From Camelus ferus (Eukaryota), in the NCBI RefSeq assembly GCF_009834535.1, contig NC_045696.1, forward strand, positions 110,362,001 to 110,426,000: 64,000 bases of DNA, given 5' to 3'. A program made the translations under genes and the position numbers. The notes below the pieces were generated by a model. It ran no database searches. It was not told the DNA's origin and saw only the letters and a program-made list of their open reading frames with translations. This document shows positions 13,232-26,870 of the stretch, one piece after another; position 1 is the stretch's first letter; the number at the start of each line of letters is the position of its first letter.

Positions 13232-13625
13232 TGTTATGGGCTAAACTGTGTCCTCCACACCCCCCTATTCCTATGTTGAAGCTCTAACCCCAATACCTCA
13301 AAAACGTGACTGTATTTGGAAATGGTGCCATGAAAGAAGTGATTCAGTTAAAATGAGGCCATTAGCGTGGGCCCTAATCCAATCACACTCGTTTCCTAAT
13401 AAGAAGAGGAGACATGGACACAAAGGGAGACACCAGGGAAACATAGATTGGACAAGGCAACAAGAAGGTGGCCACCTGCAAGGCAAGGGGAGAGGCCTCC
13501 GAGGAACCACCCCTGCCAACACCTTGACCTTGGACCTCCAGCCTCCACAACTGGGAAAAGATACATTTCTGTAAGCCCCTCTCCAGTCCATGGTGTCCTG
13601 TTATAGCAGCCTTAGCAAATCCACA
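13232..13625 (+). mobile_element. MLT1B/C-type MaLR LTR
   Basis: tgttatgggctaaactgtgtcc..gtgactgtatttggaaat..accttgaccttggacctccagcctcca..ttatagcagccttagcaaat. Confidence 0.88.
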
Positions 13626-15244
13626 TAGGGTAGGAGACAATGTTGTTTTAGATCAGGGAAACCAACATGGTTAGAGCCTCTGGGCATGAAAAGCTAGGGT
13701 GTTTTCAGTGAATGGTGAGAATGTGTCTTTGGAGAATTGTGAGTCCTGGAGTGCAGGAAGAGGGGGAAAAAAGAGAGGATGGAAGAGAGATTCTAAATGC
13801 TTACGCATTCATTTGCTCCCCTGGGCAGATAATGAGCTTCTAGGATTTGGTTTCTAGAATGGGATCCTAGTGGTAGATGAGAGAACGGTGCCAGGAGGAC
13901 CAGTTGGGAAGCTCTTAACTTATGAGGAAGAGATGAGGAAAACCTGAATGATGGTATTGCCCAAGGGGTGCAGAAGGATGAGGGGATTTAAGCGACATTT
14001 CTGAGGGAAAACACTGAAAGGATTTTGTTGGACAGTTGGATGAGGAGGAAATGGTAGAGTAAAATTCCAACGTCAGTAAAACAAAATCTCCACAAGTTGA
14101 ATCTGTTCCTTAACCCAACCTGAATACTCATTTCCAGCCCGAGAATAACAGAAAATGCTATTTTAAAGGGCAAAATAAACTATGCTTCTTAAGATTCAAG
14201 ATGGATTTAAAAAAAAAACACCAAATGACTTAATTTGAAAGAATTTCTGAATAAAAAAAAAAATCAAGTCTCATAAATTAGAGCAGTAAAAGAAAGAGAT
14301 AGATGAAATGGATAGTTACTAGACAGAATAACGGAAGATGGTTTATCGATACTAGTATTTCAAAGTGTTGGAATGATAGGTGCATGAGATGGCAGCCTTA
14401 AAAATGAGCTCTGCTTTTGTGAAGCTGGGTAAGAAATTTATTACTTTAATATAAATTTTCAAACTATGCCAGAGTTTTAAATAATAACAGCATCATTGCA
14501 CAAAATGTGAGTGTTTTTTGTTCTGCATTAAAATATGTGTTCTCGGTAATGTGACGTTCTTTGAAATTGATATCTTAATTATGCGGATGTTCATTCCTGA
14601 ATGAAATATAGCCAAAGAAGAACCAGCCTGCCAGACCTAATGCCTGAAGGTACCCTCCTTTTCAGAGGCCTTATTTGGAGGACTTGAGTTCCACTGGAAC
14701 CAACATAGCAAAATCTCAGTTGTTTAAAACAACAGAAAAACTCTGGTTGTCCATACTACATATCCGTTGTGAGCTGTCAATCAGGGATGCAGGCTAGTGG
14801 AGAAGCCCTCATCTTAGAAGCTGCCAGTTGTCATGAAGGAAAAATAGAGAATGAGGCAACACAGACTCTGACTCTTAAAGCTTCTACCCCCAGAGATCAC
14901 AAATCATTGCCAGAGCAGGTCACATGGCCATGCTTAACTTTAAGTAGGTGGAAAATAAAACCCTACCTTCTGCTCAGAAGGAGAGGGTGCTGGAACATCG
15001 ATGAAATGAAACATCTGTGAAAAGTCTTAATGGATACCAAGGGCAGAATAGGTCTCAAGTCCTCAAAGCCTGACCAGTGACCTCTCCTTTGTACTTTTCT
15101 GAGAGAGAGAGAACTTATGAACTTTTTTACAAAAATCCCATTTTAAGTGATTATTTCAATGAAATTCAAAAAGGTATGCAAGAAAGTCCGTTTGTCTTAC
15201 TTATAATCTTGAAGAAAGTAATAATTCCGAAAGAATATTCGAAT

Positions 15245-15485
15245 AACAATAGCTAACATTAACTCAGTGCTGACTACATGCCAGGCACTGTTCTAAGCAC
15301 TGTGCTTTAGCTAATTTTATCACAACCACCTATGAAAAGGTCACAATTATTATTTCCACCTTACAGGTAAGTAATGTGAGCCATAGGGAGATTAAGTACT
15401 TTTTCCAAGGCCATACAAGTAGTAAGTGGCAAAGAAAATTACGAAACCAAGAAAAATGCCCCCAGAGCTACACTGCTTAGTCACT
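15245..15485 (-). mobile_element. MIR SINE
   Basis: aatagctaacatt..gtgctgactacatgccaggcactgttctaagcac..ttccaaggccatacaagtagtaagtggca. Confidence 0.85.
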
Positions 15486-15829
15486 TATTAGTTGCACAAT
15501 TAACAACAACAATTAAAACTAAACACACATTCAACTGAAGGAGTATTTCTGTAGCTAGGGAAATTAAGCCAAATTATAATGATTTGATATTTCAGTTTCA
15601 TTGTGTTTCAATATTCCATCAACATTCCAATATTTACATGTTTTTAATACACTAGATTTTATGACTGAGTTGTTGTATCATCTTCATCCTTGTCATAAGT
15701 AGAAACTAATTTTTATTTTTAAAACACCCCTGTTTTTCTCAAGGAGCCATTTAACATTCCCAGCGCCAAAGAGATTTTGTATTTTATGTGAAATTTACCT
15801 GTTTGACTCTAAGGAGTCAAATTCCTTCA

Positions 15830-16390
15830 GATCAGTGTGATGACCAGTTGTTGCTCTCACTCCATGGGGACCCACCTTTACCCTTCCCCTACTCTCTTCT
15901 GGAAATAGCCTCTTCTCCTTCTTCTTCTCTATTCTATCAACATGGTAACATCTGGGCCAATTATCTTGTACAAAATGTGCCCTGGCCACAGTCAGTTGGT
16001 CCAGGGGAAGATAGCTGGGCCAATCACCTTCCAGAACTTGTTCTAGCCAGCAGATTGGTTCCAAAGTGAGCATTTGATTCAAGCTGGACCATTCTGAGTC
16101 CTTTGCCAGGGATCTGGTAACTGAAAATGAAGAGAGTCCATCTCTTCCCAAGTGACTGAAACTATAAATGGAAAGGTCATGTAGGTCCTGTCAACTGCCA
16201 GGTTTCCTCCCAGGCAAGCAGAGCAAGCCACTTGAAAGAGTGAGGAGGAGGGAAATGAAGTAGAAAGATAAAGACATTAACAGGCAAAAGGTGAAGAGAG
16301 CCTGCCCTTGGGATCCGTGAGACACAACATCCTTGCTTCAATAGCTATTACTTGGCTTTCTGTCCTTTGCAACCAAAATAGTCCTAATTA
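15830..16390 (+). mobile_element. Old MLT1-type LTR
   Basis: caagctggaccattctgagtcctttgccaggga..ggctttctgtcctttgcaaccaaaatagtcctaatta. Confidence 0.55.
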
Positions 16391-16829
16391 CTACAATCAA
16401 CTTCTAAAATTCTTCATCCAACTGGTATATTATTGAAAGATCTGAAAAGGGAACATATGTGCAGTCATGGTTGCTTATGATTTACCAAAGCAAATAAAAT
16501 GATCAAAATTGAATAGAAGATTAAAGAAATTCCAGGATGACTAATTATCCACATAATGCAACCACATGAAAAGGGGTGATTCCAGATTTTCTCTAATTTT
16601 TCCTGTCCTGGCAAAAGGATAAAGAAACCAGAACCACACAGTATCTACTGGTTACTCAGAAATGAGCAATAATAGGATAAATATCATTTAAGGCATGCTA
16701 TCAAGTGACTAGAAACCTAATTTCAGTATCTCTAGTAGACAGCAAATCTTTAGGGATCCCCTCCTCCAAAGCTCTCTTATAGCATGCCTGTTCCTTTGAG
16801 ATTTTGATGGGATTCTATTTTCCTTTCTA

Positions 16830-17650
16830 TTGGGCAGGTCCAACGGGTGTGCTTTCCACCACCACCAAGCTATTCTCAACAGACACTGACTGGGTGTCCT
16901 ACACTTTGACTCAATTCTGACACTATCTACCTGTAGATAGTGTCAGATCCCACAGGTTAAGGCTCAGTCCTACAAGACTGCATCTCCCTCCCCCAACTTC
17001 AGATGCCAATCACAAGTCCAAGTTGTCACCCATGCTTCTGACCCACTAGGTCAGAGATTTAGAGGTTCTCATCACCCTCTCTTTGGGTTCAAGTAATCTG
17101 ATAGATTGGCTCATTGAACTCAGAGAAATGTACTTATTTTATCAACTTATTATAAGGGACATTGTAAAGGATACAGATGAACAGCCAGATGAAGAAGCAT
17201 GTAGGGCAAGGTACACTGGCAGGGGCTCAGGGCTCCCATGCTCTCCCTGGGTGCATCACTCTCCCAGCACCTACGTGCGTTCATCAATCAGGAAACTCTC
17301 TGAACCTCATCCTTTTGGGGTTTTATGGAGGCTTCATTACACTGGCATGGTTGATTAAATCAATGGCCATGGGTGATTGAATTCAATCTTCTGTCCCTCT
17401 CCCCTCCCCAGAGGTGGGGGTACGGAGGTTGGGTAGTGGGACTGAAAGTTCCAATACTCTGTTCATAAGGTTGATTCCCCTGGTACCCAGTCCCCATCCT
17501 TAGGTTACCTAGGGGCTTTCCAAATGTCACATCATTAACATAACAGAACGTTCTATCTCTTCATTTAGTAAATTCCAAGCATTTTAGGAGCTCTGTGCTA
17601 GAAATAGGATGAAGGTCAAATATATACTTGTTATAAACCACAATATCACA
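16830..17650 (-). mobile_element. MER21-type LTR
   Basis: Characteristic caattctgacactatctacctg.agatagtgtcagatcccacaggttaaggctcagtcc and terminus cacaatatcaca. Confidence 0.85.
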
Positions 17651-18140
17651 GCAGAGGAACAACTTCCTTCTCAAGACACTGATTACGCAAATATCATCCT
17701 CAGGATTCCCCCTCCACAATCCTGAGGCTTTAGAATCTGGAGGGACCCAGCTTTACATAAGAAGGTATTCTTCTAACCTCCTTCCCTTTTAACTCCCTAA
17801 ACACCCTGCCATTAGCTATTTTGACAATGTATTCATTAGGAACTGCTAATTAGACAGGTTTCCAGTTTTAAATAGAAGGAAATCTTATATTATCATTACC
17901 AATTAAATCAATCCTTAATTCTTCATATTAATAGATGGGGATAAAATGTGCATTATCCCAAGCAGCAGCTAGTTCTAACTGAGCTTTTACAGGTAAGTCT
18001 GTTATCTGCTTTGTAGTTTCCCTAAGATCTCTTCCCTACCATTGTACCACAGGAATCTGGGTTATAAAAGAAGTATCAAGTTGGAAGGAACTTGAAGCCA
18101 GAAATAGAAAAGGACAGATGAGTTTTGACTATCAGTAAAT

Positions 18141-18155
18141 GGGGGGGGGGGGGGG
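18141..18155 (+). repeat. G15 homopolymer
   Basis: 15 consecutive G. Confidence 0.95.
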
Positions 18156-18204
18156 AGTGGGTGCAACTTAATTTCAAATATAACAGGTTTTTTTTTAATA
18201 TTGG

Positions 18205-18266
18205 ATTTTGCTTGTTTGTTGTTTTTTTTTTATTGAAGTCTAGTCAGATTACAATGTTGTGTCAAT
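18205..18266 (-). mobile_element. Very short L1 3' terminal fragment
   Basis: T-rich tail followed by attgaagtctagtcagattacaatgttgtgtcaat, the reverse complement of the L1 terminus. Confidence 0.75.
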
Positions 18267-18479
18267 AAAAGATTTTTGTATAACCCACTTGTCTATCTCT
18301 TTGTGTGGGTAACCAAATCACTACTACAGCTGGCTTTGGAAAGCAGTTCCACACTCTGGCATGTACATGCCCATGCACTCACACATCCCCCAAACTCTCA
18401 AATGCTTCCTCTCTACAAGTTTGACGCTCTGTTGGTAGGCTTTGCTGAGAAAACACTAGCTTCTGTTTTATAAAGAATA

Positions 18480-19035
18480 CTGTCTTAGCCTTGCCCCTAC
18501 CTCCAAAGCAGAATCTCAGGTAAAAACTTCCTTGTAGGTAAGTTACTTTGGAATACGGTTCCTAGGGAGCAAGACTGCAGGACAGGAAAAATAAGCAGGA
18601 AGAAGGCAAAGCCGACACAAGGCTGTGTGACTGAGGTGACCATTCCCATAGGCAGCCAGTGCTTGATCCACCAGGACCTTCCACGTTCCAAGGAACCTTA
18701 TGAATTATATCTCAGGAGTGTCTACCTGGGGACAAAAGAGGAAGCATTTATCTGTCTGCTCCTCTCTCCCACTGGCTCAAGAGAGGGTTTATTCCTCTGA
18801 ATTTGGGGATTGTATATCTGTCAGTATAAAGCAGTATCCCATGATGTGATATCAGATAAGCCAGAGGGCAAGAAACTAGAGGTGCGTGACCATGGCATGA
18901 GCCCATAGAAGACTCCGTCTAACTGCCCGGGCATGAAGCAGATTAAAGTCTACAGGAATGAACCACGATAGAAGTAGCTCAAGTAAGAACTGGACCTGAC
19001 AAACGTTTGAAGTCATGCACAAAGCTGTCCAACAC
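18480..19035 (-). mobile_element. ERVL LTR (LTR33/LTR16-like)
   Basis: tgtcttagcc..aagcagaatctcag..cctagggagcaagactg..aagcaggaagaaggcaaagcc pattern. Confidence 0.6.
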
Positions 19036-22000
19036 AAATAATACATAAGGTCATAGGATTTGAAACAGAGACTAATTTCAGGACCGCATCTCTAGTCAAA
19101 ATGCTGTACATCTGCTAATGAACATGCTCCCATCATCACTGTATCAACTAGAGAGGGAAGGAGAGTTTCCTCTGTACTGTCCCCCCCACCAGAGAGGAAC
19201 GTAGCAATTCATCCTAGCACAAACTTCAGCAAGGAAGACAGATGGCATATTCCTGAAATACAATTTGATGGGGGGGAAGATGAAAGACAGAAGATCATGA
19301 GTTCAGTGAACACAAGATCATTCAGCTAAAAATATTCAGCAACAAACTAAAAAAGACCTCAAATAATCATTATTTTTCATAAAGAAAAACTAAGAGTCTC
19401 TGGTTGAACCATTCTCAAGCCTTAAAAGCAGCAAGACTCTGAGGATTGACTTAAAATCATCTGTGGACATCGTATTTATGTGACTATCCCGTAAGAGAGG
19501 TGCAAAATTAGACAAGATACTCTGTACAAAAATGCGAATTTCTCTGAATAAGACGAAATTGACTCAAGTCCTCAATGTACAGACGAAAGATGTGATGAAA
19601 AGTAAGTTAAATAAATTGTTAAAGTCTTTGCATATATTCATTTCATGCTTGCTCTTCTTGAAATAAGCCATGACTGTGTGAGTAAGACCCTAAAGGAAAT
19701 TAGGGGTTTAGGAAAACAAGGTAGCTGGCAGACCTAAAAGAAAGGATTGTGTTTCCCTTAGGGTTTCCATGGTAATTGGGAGTTAAACTCTGAGTTTATT
19801 CTGCAGCAGGCCAATATTTTATATATAGTGTCCACAGACTGGAAGGAGCTCCCTGGGTCAGTCCACCAAGCTTAACCAAGGGGGCTGACACCAGGGCTGT
19901 CCGCAACCCTTACCACACACTGGAGGCCACTGGGCTCTCCACCCAGTGAGTCAGCAGATGCCAATAATGTCCGAAGAGTAGGCAGCATTTCCAGGGAGGA
20001 AGTACTTTTAAAATGCTAATGCAATTATCTTGAAAATGTGAGCCTAAGTTTTTTTTTTTTTAAATCTCCCCATAAATCATGTTCACCATTAAGGTCAAGC
20101 CACAAGGCTTAATGCCTTAGGGAGGGAGGCAGGGCCACTTAGGACAAAAATGTCTACAGATGAGAAGAAGGAAGTGACTTAGAGGAAGTCACCACCAGAC
20201 AGGAAGGGCAGGTGGTACCCTATCTGGAGAAGAAAGAAAAGATTAGGGGCAGCGGGGAATGAAGGAGGAAGAGTTTGTCCCATAAGGGACCAGCACTCCT
20301 ATCTCTTTGATCCTTAGCTTAGGCAGTGAGAACCGATAGAAATCTATGATAAAGAAAGAGAAGGCAATCAAAAAGTGACTCAGACATGCCCATAAGCCAA
20401 TGTGGGGACCAAAAAAAGTAGCGGAGGGTGAAGACTATCAAGCTACACGGCACTGCCATGGAAAGGTAACTCCATAGTAGAGGCTGGGCCAGGGTGGACA
20501 TCCTGCACAAGCCTACTGGATGGGACCTAGCCAAGGAAACCTAGGTAAGACTGAGTCAGCTGCAGTCCGAGCCACAAACTCCTGCAGCCAAAATCAGCAT
20601 GGTATCCATGGACCAGGAAGAGCATAAATCACAAATCTCTCTCCCTCCTCTGCCATAAGGATAAATGAGTTAGCCTCTATATATAGATATCATGTTGGCT
20701 GGAAAAACAATTCTATGAACTTGAATTTGAAAAAAATTTATTTATAGAGAGAGAGATAAAAATTTTTAAATGAGACTATTACTATTAAAATTGGCATATT
20801 TAAGTCCCTTCTCAGCCTTCAACAAGATACACTTGACAGCATAATGATATAAATTATAGAAAATAATATTACAGTATCTGCACATCTGACTTGTGTCATT
20901 CATGATAGATTAGATTATGCTGACGTTAAAAACCCCCAAATCTCAGTAGTTTAACACAATTCTTTCTTGTTCATGCAATATGTCCATCTTACACCAGTGG
21001 GACTATGGGTGGGGAGTTTCTCCTCCATGCTGTCTTCACTCCAGAACCCAGACTAGTGAAGCCTCCACCATCTGGAATATTTCAGGTTCTGTTGGCAGAA
21101 GAGAGAATTGGAGGGTCTTATAGCAGAAATTAGATACTTTGGTTCACATGTCCCTTCTGCCCACAGCCCTCAGCCAGACTAAGTAGATGGCCCCATTCAC
21201 ATAGAAGACAGATGGACAAGAGTGACCTCCATTGGCCAGGAAAAGAGGCAAACAAGATAGAGTGAGCATTAGAAGTCTCTACCACATAAAGCAGGGACTT
21301 CCCCTACTGCATAAATTATTATTTTTTTAAAAGATCGATTACCTGAATTTCATGTTATTTCTAGAAGGCAAAACATAAGTACCTCACCCTCTCAGGTCAT
21401 CTTTTCTTTCCCAAATTTATCCCAGGACTAGCCTGGGTTTCTTCATCCTTAACCCAATCTCCCACTAATACTTTTATTCCAAATCCTTTCCACAGTGCCT
21501 GTGTGACGTTACCCACTCCCAGGGAAATGAACTTCTCTACTCTGGACTCCCTCACTTTCCCTCGACTGCCAAACACTTGCTGGCCTTTACCAAGTCCACC
21601 TGGGCCCCACGATGCTCTCACCGCACCCACCATTCCCACGGATGCTTTGCTTCTGTAGCACCCATGCAGCCAAACCCCAACATGTGTAGGCCTTTCATAG
21701 TCCAACATCCTGAGGTTCCAATAGGCAAAGGCTGATTAAAATAGAACCCATCCATAAAGTTCAGCCTTAGCTGCCTGATACTTTGAAAATTGCAAAAATC
21801 TGGTCCATTTCAACTGCATTAAGATTTGAGATCAGTTCTAATATTTTACGACCTAGGTGCTTTTTATTATTTAAAAAGCTTCCTTCCTGCTTTGTGTCAC
21901 CTTGCTCTTGAGGGCTGATGGGGAGCCTAGAGCTTCCTCTGATTGGACTGTATATGGGCAAAGCCAGAAAACATCCCCCGGATGTTTGTTCCTCCAGCAT

Positions 22001-22745
22001 ATGCACTGCTTGGAAATCATCCCAAATTACTCCCCAAATTCGGTCCACATATTTGCATTTACTTTACCATGAGCCTCTAGAACATCAAGGACTCAGTCGT
22101 TTCCCTCTCAGTCTTTATCTACCAGTTGTGAATCTTTTTCATGTACCCTCTAACCTGGACTAAGACACCAATTTCTTCTAAAAAGTGGTCCATGGTGCTG
22201 ACTTAGTATGCGGGGAAAGAAGAGTTTTCCCCCACATCTAAATCTACAGAGGTAAAGAATATGACTTAGCCTGATTCCCTTTGCACATGTCTGCAGGGAA
22301 ATCGGTGGAAGTTAAGAACAGAGCGGGTTAGGGAATTCACTGGTCTCTCACCAGGGAGGGGAACAGTCTCCCAGGAAAATTTCTCATATCTCTTATGGGT
22401 GATGCCTGGAAACTCCCAAGGGCCTTCGGTAATTGTTTGCATCTCCACCGTAAGTCACGTCCCTGTGCCCTTCTGAGAAGCTTGTCATCCAGCAAACTGG
22501 GCAAACATTGTCCTAATGAGACTGTGAACCTGAGGTACAGATATAGACAGACCTTTTCCTGAAACAACATTTTATAGTCTGCAAAGTAGGAAGGAGAAAA
22601 AAAGGACTAAAACATTCCTAAAATTAGCGATGAAAGTTCTTGCCCCATCCTCCAATCACTTCTCAGTGTTTATCTCTTCTCTACTTTCCTCCTCAAAAAC
22701 TCTTTGAATCTAATAGCTTATACTCCTGATAGTCACTAAATCTTT

Positions 22746-23298
22746 GGCAGATTGTGTTTCCCCAAAGATGGATGCACCAACTTATATATCTCATCTCAAA
22801 GGCTCCTTTTACAATGTGACTGACACTCTGCCCACTGGGAGGCAGGACCTACACTGCTTCCACTGAACCTGGGTGAGCTTGAGACTGTCCCCACCAACAG
22901 ACGATGGCAGAAGTGAAGCTGTCTGACTTCTGAGGTCAAGTCAGACCAAGGAGACAGCATCCACCTGGCTCTTTATTTCAGGACACTCACCCTTGGAACC
23001 CAGCCACAGATAAGTTCAAACTAGTTCCTGCAGAGAGGCTGCACAGAGAAGCCCATGTGGAGAGAAACTGTGGCCCCCAAGTAACACCTAGTACCAACTG
23101 CTAGTTGAGCACATGAGCCTTCAGATGATTCCTCTCCGAGTTTCACATCTTCTACCTGGTGCCCCACATACCATGGAATCATCCATGCTGTGCCCCATCC
23201 AAATCTGTTGCCCACAGAATTCAAGAGTATAATAAATGTCTGTTTTACCCCCACTCAGCTTTAGGGTAATTTGTTATGCAGCCATAGTACCTGGAACA
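22746..23298 (+). mobile_element. MLT1F-type MaLR LTR
   Basis: ccccaaagatgg..gcagaagtga..cttggaacccagcca..gtaatttgttatgcagccatag..ggaaca. Confidence 0.8.
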
Positions 23299-23949
23299 AA
23301 ATCTTTCCTTGTATTTTATCTCTCATTTCATCTTTAGATTACTCTCAGAGTGACTTTTGCAAACAACCTAAGAATTACGTGATAACATCTAGGATAGTGA
23401 AAGGATCATTTCTGCCCAAACACATTTCAATAAAATAAGCTTTTGTTTCTCCTTCTGTAAAATGAAGGCAATTCTCAAGGTCACAGATGAAAACAAAACG
23501 GTTGGAACATTTCTCCTCTTTATTTCTCATAGGAAAATAGAACTTTTTAAAAACTAAAACGCTGTTCTTCACATTGAGAATGCCCTTGAGCCTACAAAAA
23601 ATATAGCATTTATTTTTGTGCCTCCTTGGTCCCTCTTAATTTCTAAAGTGTTGAAGAGTGAAGAGCAGTTTCAAAAAGAGACCAATAGCAACTTCAGGGC
23701 CCATTAATCTGAGAGGGATCTAGACCAAGTGGCCTGCAGGGCCGGTTTTCACAGAGATAAAATTAGGAAGGACCCCTTTAGTAAGGAAAGGTACGAGTGA
23801 GGAGTAAGTGAGAAATGTCATGGAAATATTAAATAGTAATTAAGGGCCAAAACCTCTCCAATAACCTTTCTGTAATTGAGAGACAATTTTCACTTTAACT
23901 CACATTTTCATCAGTTCCAAAATGACACTAACTGAACACTCCCACACCC

Positions 23950-25320
23950 TCCGTGTACTCATCTAGCCTCTAGCTTTGAATCTCTCCTCTTTTCTGATAA
24001 GTCCCAAATTCGTATCTTCAGCCCAGACCTTGTCCCCATACTCTAGGCTCACAGATCCATCTGCTACCCAACTTCTCCACTTGACGTCTGACAGGCATCT
24101 CAAATTCAACTTCTCCAAAAAACAGCCTCCCCATGGCCCTCCCCACATCTGTTCCTCTCCCTGCCTTCTCCATCTTAGGTGAGAGAAATTCTTTCCTTCC
24201 ACCGCTCAGGATGAAAACACTGACATCACTTTGACTTCACTTTCACAAACTACAGCCTATCCATCAGTGAATCCTGTTGGCTCTAGACTTAAATCATATC
24301 CAGAATGTAATTACGTCTTAGGACCTCCACCATGACTAACTCGGTCCAAGCCAACATCAGCTCTTGTCTGGACTGTTGTCCCAGCCTCTTTACTGTCTCC
24401 CGCCTCCATCCTTCTCTTCTTATGGTACGTTCTCACCCCAGGAACCAGAACGATCCTGTAAGAATATGAGTCAAATCATGGACTTCCTCAGCTCAGAACC
24501 CTCTCATAGCTTTGCACCTCACTCATAATAAAATAAGGAAACAAACTTATGGTTACCAGGGGAAAGGAAGTGGGAAGGGATAAACTGGGAGTTCAAGACT
24601 TGCAAATATATGTATAAAATAAACAAGTTTATACTGTAGAGCACAGGGAACTATATTCGATATCCTTTAATAACCTATAATGAAAAAGAATAAGAAAATG
24701 AATATATGCATGTATATGTGTGACTGAAATATTATGCTGTACAACAGAAATTGACACATTGTAACTGACTATACTACAATTAAAACAGAAAAGTCAAAAT
24801 CCTTAAAATGGCAAAGAAGACTCACCATGATTGGTCGCCTATTACTTCTCTCTTACCCCTCTCCCCCGGCTCACTCTGCTCCAGGCCCACTGGCTTCCTG
24901 GTTGTTCCTAAAAGATGCCAAACACCCTCATGCCCCAGTCCTACACATTCCCAACTCCCAACCCCACCCCAAATCTGTATGGCTTATTCCCCACCTCCCT
25001 CACCTTATCACCAAGGCCTTCCCTCCCCACCCTTGTTAGAACGACAAATACCGTGCCCTGCAAGCTCATTTTCCCTATTTTATCTTTCTTCAAAGAAGTT
25101 TTTACTCCCCAGCATTAAATAAGCAAATAAGTAAACAAACATGTTTGCTGATTCACTTACTGCCCATCTTCCCCATTTAGAATGTAAGTTCCATTAGAGC
25201 AAAGATTTTTTTATTTTGGTCTATTTTGCATATGGCTGAATTTCCAGAGCTCAGAATAGCCTCTGGTATCTAACAGCCACACAAATGGCCAGAATGACAT
25301 ACACCTGTTGATGAATGAAC
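23950..25320 (-). mobile_element. L2a LINE 3' region (with nested L1)
   Basis: ctccacttgacgtctgacaggcatctcaaattcaac..ctctgctccaggcccactggcttcc..tagaatgtaagttccattagagc..tgttgatgaatgaa. Strand follows convention and is uncertain. Confidence 0.8.
24535..24790 (+). mobile_element. Young L1 3'UTR fragment nested in L2
   Basis: aacaaacttatggttaccagggg..ttgacacattgtaactgactatactacaattaaaa, same family as 1669-2037. Confidence 0.9.
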
Positions 25321-25944
25321 AAAGAAACGACTGGACCATAGCTGATTCACAGCCAAGCACCTCCCGTGCTAAAGGCAGAAGCCACGTGGAGAGCTTTCGA
25401 GAGTGCTCACATCTGACTGGCCAGCTCCTAGGTCTCCAGGTGGCTCTGGAAGCTCTCCTGAGTGCAGAGTGATAGCAGTAAGACGTGAGGGTCTTGGGTC
25501 GCTCTTGTCTCCACTGCAGGGGACTCAGCACTGCTCCATGAAAAATATAAGCTTTAGTACCAGAGGTCTTATTTTAAAGCCCACTAACTGTTTGGGTGAT
25601 TCTGGACAAGTTACTTAACCACACTAGTCTTGATTTCCTTATCTGAAAAATGAAAAAAAAAATCACCTATTTTCCATTAGGGATGCAATGAGGATTAAAT
25701 GAGCAACATATGGGAACAATGTTCTATAAATTATAAAGGGATAAATAAGTATAAAAAGTTGTAATTATGTGAGAACAACCTTGATTTGAGCCTACTTAGT
25801 AATTAAAGCAGAGTCACATATTCAGTGTAATTGATGGGTACTTAGTCATGTAAACGGCCAAAATGACTGGTTGGTTATTGCCGTGAGACTTATTGGCCTA
25901 AAAAGGGAGAGAACTGGCAATTTTTTTGGTACCCCTAAGTACTA

Positions 25945-26035
25945 AATATATATACATTATTTCATATATATTATATATTATTTAATATATATTATATATA
26001 TATATTATTTCATTTATCTACATATTATTTCATTT
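25945..26035. repeat. AT-rich low-complexity repeat
   Basis: Repeated atatattat/tatttcat units. Confidence 0.85.
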
Positions 26036-26309
26036 TATCCTAATAAAAATTCATGGGAGGTAAATATTACAACAGTCATTTTAAAGTGATAAGGTTTGAG
26101 GTACAGAGTTTAAGTAAGTTGCCAAAACTCCCATGGTCAGGTAGTAGGAATTACAAGGCCATTTCCAAAACACCAAGCCATTCTCTTGGACTTTAAAAAT
26201 TAAACCAATCTACCCATGATTTTTAAATGTGTTAAAGACAGGAGGTCCACATAAAATTTGGATGAAAGGAACATTATAGAAGAAGATGAAACACTGAATT
26301 AAAATTCAC

Positions 26310-26590
26310 AGAAAATGAGAAAAGCCTGATACAAAAGAATACTCTGTGATTCCATTCAGATGAAATTCTAGAACAGATAAAGGTAAGCTACATGATACAG
26401 TCAGAACAGTGATTGCCTCGTGTGTGTGTCGGGGGCGGGGATCAGGCACTGATGGGGAAGGGGCTATGAGAACGTAATAGGGAGATAGAAATCTTTTATA
26501 TCTTGATAGTAGGTTTCATGGTGTACACATTTGTCAAAGCTCATCAAGCTGTATACTTAAGATCTGTTCATTTAACTATATATAAAATTC
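26310..26590 (+). mobile_element. Old L1MC/ME-type 3' end
   Basis: atacaaaagaatactctgtgattccatt..gtgtacacatttgtcaaagctcatcaagctgtatacttaagatct. Confidence 0.8.
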
Positions 26591-26591
26591 T

Positions 26592-26870
26592 ATTTTAGTC
26601 TGTTCAAGCTGCTGTAAGACTGAGTAGCTTGTAAACTACTGAAATTTATTTCTCACAGTTCTGGAGACTAGAAGTCCAGGACGCTATCATAGTCCAGTTC
26701 TGGCGAAGGTCCCCTTATGGGCTGCAGACTTCCAGCTGTGTCCTCACATGGTGGAAAGGGCAAGGGGGCTCTCTCTGGGGTCTCTTTTCGAAGGGCATTA
26801 ATCTCATTCATATGAGCTCTATGAATTCAGAGCAGGAGGTGGTTATAAAATCATTCAGACCACAGCAACT
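26592..26870 (-). mobile_element. MLT1A-type MaLR LTR fragment
   Basis: ttagtctgttcaagctgctgtaa..gaaatttatttctcacagttctggagactagaagtcca..tcctcacatggtggaa. Confidence 0.8.

Noticed and set aside
17940..17998. Strong splice donor ag|gtaagt (also isolated sites near 11176 on minus and 54088)
   Set aside because: Isolated splice-like motifs with no supportable coding exon; they occur by chance and need RNA data.
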